Assembly: GCA_002737635.1 (NCBI GenBank)
Contig: NSIC01000001.1
Location: 16,891 to 80,890 of the forward strand
DNA from: Acidimicrobium sp.
GTDB taxonomy: Bacteria; Actinomycetota; Acidimicrobiia; Acidimicrobiales; Ilumatobacteraceae
DNA: 64,000 nucleotides
Direction of reading: 5' to 3'
The translations under genes and the position numbers were made by a program. This document shows, piece by piece, positions 61,540-64,000 of the stretch; the first letter of the stretch is position 1; each line of letters starts with the position of its first letter. Below the pieces are notes generated by a model, which made no database searches, had not been told where the DNA came from, and saw only the letters and a program-made list of their open reading frames with translations.

Positions 61540-62439
61540 TTAACTTCGTAAAATCCGAGTCAGAGCCGTCGCCAATTCAACTGGTCGATCGCCCTGCACC
61601 GAATGGCCGGCGCCATCTACAACTAAAACTTCAGCATCAGGCTTGCGTCGCTTCAGTTCGGCAACATCGGCGTCGTCAACTACCGGCGAAATACCTCCAC
61701 GAATAAGAGTCATTGTAGGCTTCAGATTTTCAATCACCGTCCACAGTTCTGCAATTCGATCAAGTCGCTTGGCCGAATCTTCTTTCGACGGATGCGTCGA
61801 CCGATCGTACCGCCACTGCCACGAGCCATCGTCAAGTTGTTTGGCGTTGTGTAATATTCCGCGACGTAACGAGCTTTCGCTACGTGTCGGGTTGTGCTCG
61901 ATCGTCCGCTTCAGCAACTCTTCAAAACTGGCAAAAGTTTGTGGTCCGTTGACGAAATCAGTTATCGCTTTAGATTTTTCAGAGTTGACACCTGGGGTGA
62001 TGTCTACAACGACTATCTGCGAAGCCAGATCAGGCCGCATGCCAGCCAACGCAACGGTGGTTAATCCACCAAGCGACATGCCCACGATCAGTTTTGCTTT
62101 CGGTGCCAAAGTCTCAATCGCCGCTGCGACATCACGCGCCAAGATACCCGGTTCATAATTGCCGTCTTTGCGCCACGAAGAGTGACCGTGACCTGGCATG
62201 TCAATCGCGATCGCCGAGATGCCCATCGCCAAAATTACCGTGTCCCAAGTGTGAGCGTTTTGTGCACTACCGTGCACGAACAAGATTTCTGGCTCACCCA
62301 CACCCCACTTGAGTGCGCTTAGCGTGCGGCCGTCAGCGAGTTGCATCGCATGTCTCGACACACTAGGCAGTTTTGCGACATTCAACCCATATTCAGAAAT
62401 GTTCTCGCCGAACATTGAGAACTCGTCGTAAGGCATCAC
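61540..62439 (-). CDS. Alpha/beta hydrolase
   Basis: VHG, DMPGHG.S, GMSLGG nucleophile elbow, GAGH. Confidence 0.92.
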   Translation of the reverse strand: MMPYDEFSMFGENISEYGLNVAKLPSVSRHAMQLADGRTLSALKWGVGEPEILFVHGSAQNAHTWDTVILAMGISAIAIDMPGHGHSSWRKDGNYEPGILARDVAAAIETLAPKAKLIVGMSLGGLTTVALAGMRPDLASQIVVVDITPGVNSEKSKAITDFVNGPQTFASFEELLKRTIEHNPTRSESSLRRGILHNAKQLDDGSWQWRYDRSTHPSKEDSAKRLDRIAELWTVIENLKPTMTLIRGGISPVVDDADVAELKRRKPDAEVLVVDGAGHSVQGDRPVELATALTRILRS

Positions 62440-63569
62440 GGTGTGCTCGTGGTTGTCGTGACTGTATTCGTTGTGGTGGATGCAATCGTTGTAGTAGTCA
62501 CGGAACCAACAGTAGTTACGGTTGGCATTGTTGTCGCTGTCACAGCAGTTGTCGGCACGGTCGTCGGCACGGTCGTCGGCAAACTAGTTGAAGCGGCAAT
62601 CGTCGTATAGTTCGGGTCTGGCTTATCAAAAGGCGGAATCGGCGAACCGTATTCTTCTGGTTCTTTAATACCGTCGAATACATAAACACGGTCGCCATAG
62701 GCCACAAGCGCCGGAAAGTATCTCGCAACAGACATTGGTATGCGCACGCAACCATGTGACGCTGGCTTCAATGGCACGAGAATCGCGCCGTGCACGGCGA
62801 TGTTGTAGTTGAAATACACAGGGTTGTAAAGCGAGCCGAGTTTTGTCTCACGCATTCCGGTGCGACGGTTGTAGAAATAAAAAATACCTGCGGGCGTCAC
62901 CGCTTCACCACAAATGCCAATGCTGATTTGTTCTTCGGTCTTGTTGCCTTCTTCACCTGGGTCAATCTTTACTTCTTCACACCATGGCACACCAGTGCCG
63001 CTCGAAATGTGGGTGACCAAAACTGGTTCTTCTTTTTTAAATACGATCAAAACCTGCTCGGGCAGATAAATCTCGACGTGGCTCGGCGAATCAGCAAAGC
63101 GCCTCGGCTTGATTATCAAATTCGACTGCATGATTGCCCAAGTCGAAGGTGTGACTACGCCAGTTGCACGCTCGCGCGGAACGCTCATTACAAGTTTTTC
63201 AAACGCCCACATTGCCTGCACCGTATTTTGGCCAAACTCACCGTCAACTGGACCTGGATCAAAACGTAAATCTTTTAGCCGTTGTTGCACCCGCAAAACA
63301 TCGTCACCCTTCATTCCGAGTTCAAGCGTGCGCCCAAGTGGCACAGTTATCAGTGGCACCGAACTGGTGTCGACAACCACATCCGGGTTCGAATTTTCGC
63401 TCGCCAAATCTTCTGACGAACCAGACAGCACGCCAATCGCTACTACCGTCACCAAGATGGCAAGCGCGATCAGCGCAAAACGCCAACGGTCAAGCACCGA
63501 AGCGATTCGTGGCAATGTGTCTGGCTCAATGCCCCCAAACTCATCTGGAAAGTCACCAGGAAAATTCAT
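62436..63569 (-). CDS. L,D-transpeptidase with peptidoglycan-binding domain and Thr-rich tail
   Basis: TM, G.DV..VQQRL...GPVDGEFG, AVHG...SHGCVR, PTTV repeats. Confidence 0.9.
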   Translation of the reverse strand: MNFPGDFPDEFGGIEPDTLPRIASVLDRWRFALIALAILVTVVAIGVLSGSSEDLASENSNPDVVVDTSSVPLITVPLGRTLELGMKGDDVLRVQQRLKDLRFDPGPVDGEFGQNTVQAMWAFEKLVMSVPRERATGVVTPSTWAIMQSNLIIKPRRFADSPSHVEIYLPEQVLIVFKKEEPVLVTHISSGTGVPWCEEVKIDPGEEGNKTEEQISIGICGEAVTPAGIFYFYNRRTGMRETKLGSLYNPVYFNYNIAVHGAILVPLKPASHGCVRIPMSVARYFPALVAYGDRVYVFDGIKEPEEYGSPIPPFDKPDPNYTTIAASTSLPTTVPTTVPTTAVTATTMPTVTTVGSVTTTTIASTTTNTVTTTTSTP

Positions 63570-63599
63570 CTACGGCTACTTGGCACTTGCTACTTGACG

Positions 63600-64000
63600 C
63601 TATTTTTTCGAATCAGCGCCATCAGAAGGCCTGATTGCATTCAGCTTTTTGCGCAATTTGAATGCCTCGCGCAGAATTTTGACAATCACCGAAGGGGAAC
63701 TCAAAGTTGAGACGCCGCGTGTACGCGGAAAGTAGTCGACGCCAAATTGCACGACACTCAGGTTCAATTTTTTCGCGCTAACGATCAGCTCGGCATCAAT
63801 AAACGAGCCTTCACTTTCAAGTTCTACTTTATCAAACACAGATTTGCGACAAAGTTTGAATGCAAAGTTAATGTCACGAAACCTCACGCCAAACAAAATA
63901 CGAACCATCAAGTTGTAAAACATCGAGTAGACGACTCGCACGTAGCCCTCACCCGTTCGATCAAAACGATATGCACTGACGATGTCGGCTTCGTACTGAT
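63600..64000 (-). CDS. Family 2 glycosyltransferase (DPM1-like), 5' part outside window
   Basis: Frame open to right edge: ADIVSAYRFDR...RDINFAFKL...FIDAEL...PRTRGVS. Confidence 0.85.
   Translation of the reverse strand, partial: QYEADIVSAYRFDRTGEGYVRVVYSMFYNLMVRILFGVRFRDINFAFKLCRKSVFDKVELESEGSFIDAELIVSAKKLNLSVVQFGVDYFPRTRGVSTLSSPSVIVKILREAFKLRKKLNAIRPSDGADSKK

Noticed and set aside
1..64000. Mobile elements, prophage, tRNA/rRNA, CRISPR or defence island
   Set aside because: No integrase, transposase, RNA-gene signature or repeat-spacer array seen; the WYL and PIN genes fit housekeeping PafBC and PhoH2

Overview
A 64 kb, gene-dense, roughly 50% GC stretch of actinobacterial core chromosome. 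Gene order (ftsXE-prfB-secA-comF ... ahcY-Trm112-manB ... DUF3499 ... DUF5719-GT2 ... cofDE) plus WhiB, PafBC-like WYL genes and F420 genes point to Actinomycetota; Acidimicrobiia is my best guess, by inference only. About 62 CDSs. I saw no rRNA, tRNA, CRISPR array, transposase or phage gene. Functional blocks: Sec/FtsEX/RF2 housekeeping; a cell-surface glycan region (gmd, fcl, Man-1-P guanylyltransferase, manB, three GT4s, a large GT2, flippase, GT-C-like membrane protein); F420 synthesis (cofC, cofD, single-domain cofE); an imuA-imuB-Nudix-dnaE2 cassette with two SOS boxes; selD; HU; PIN-PhoH; pafBC-like pair. Best leads: (1) an unannotated 28-aa Lys/Arg-rich gene with its own RBS between hup and its terminator, resembling a split HupB tail; (2) an H1-like tail on PafC that starts with the same MAAKKR; (3) a Nudix gene inside the mutasome cassette, with a duplicated SOS operator; (4) tandem micro-duplications at stop codons; (5) a truncated globin that needs a non-canonical start; (6) many leaderless-type promoters. 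Product calls come from motifs recognised by eye; no database search was run.
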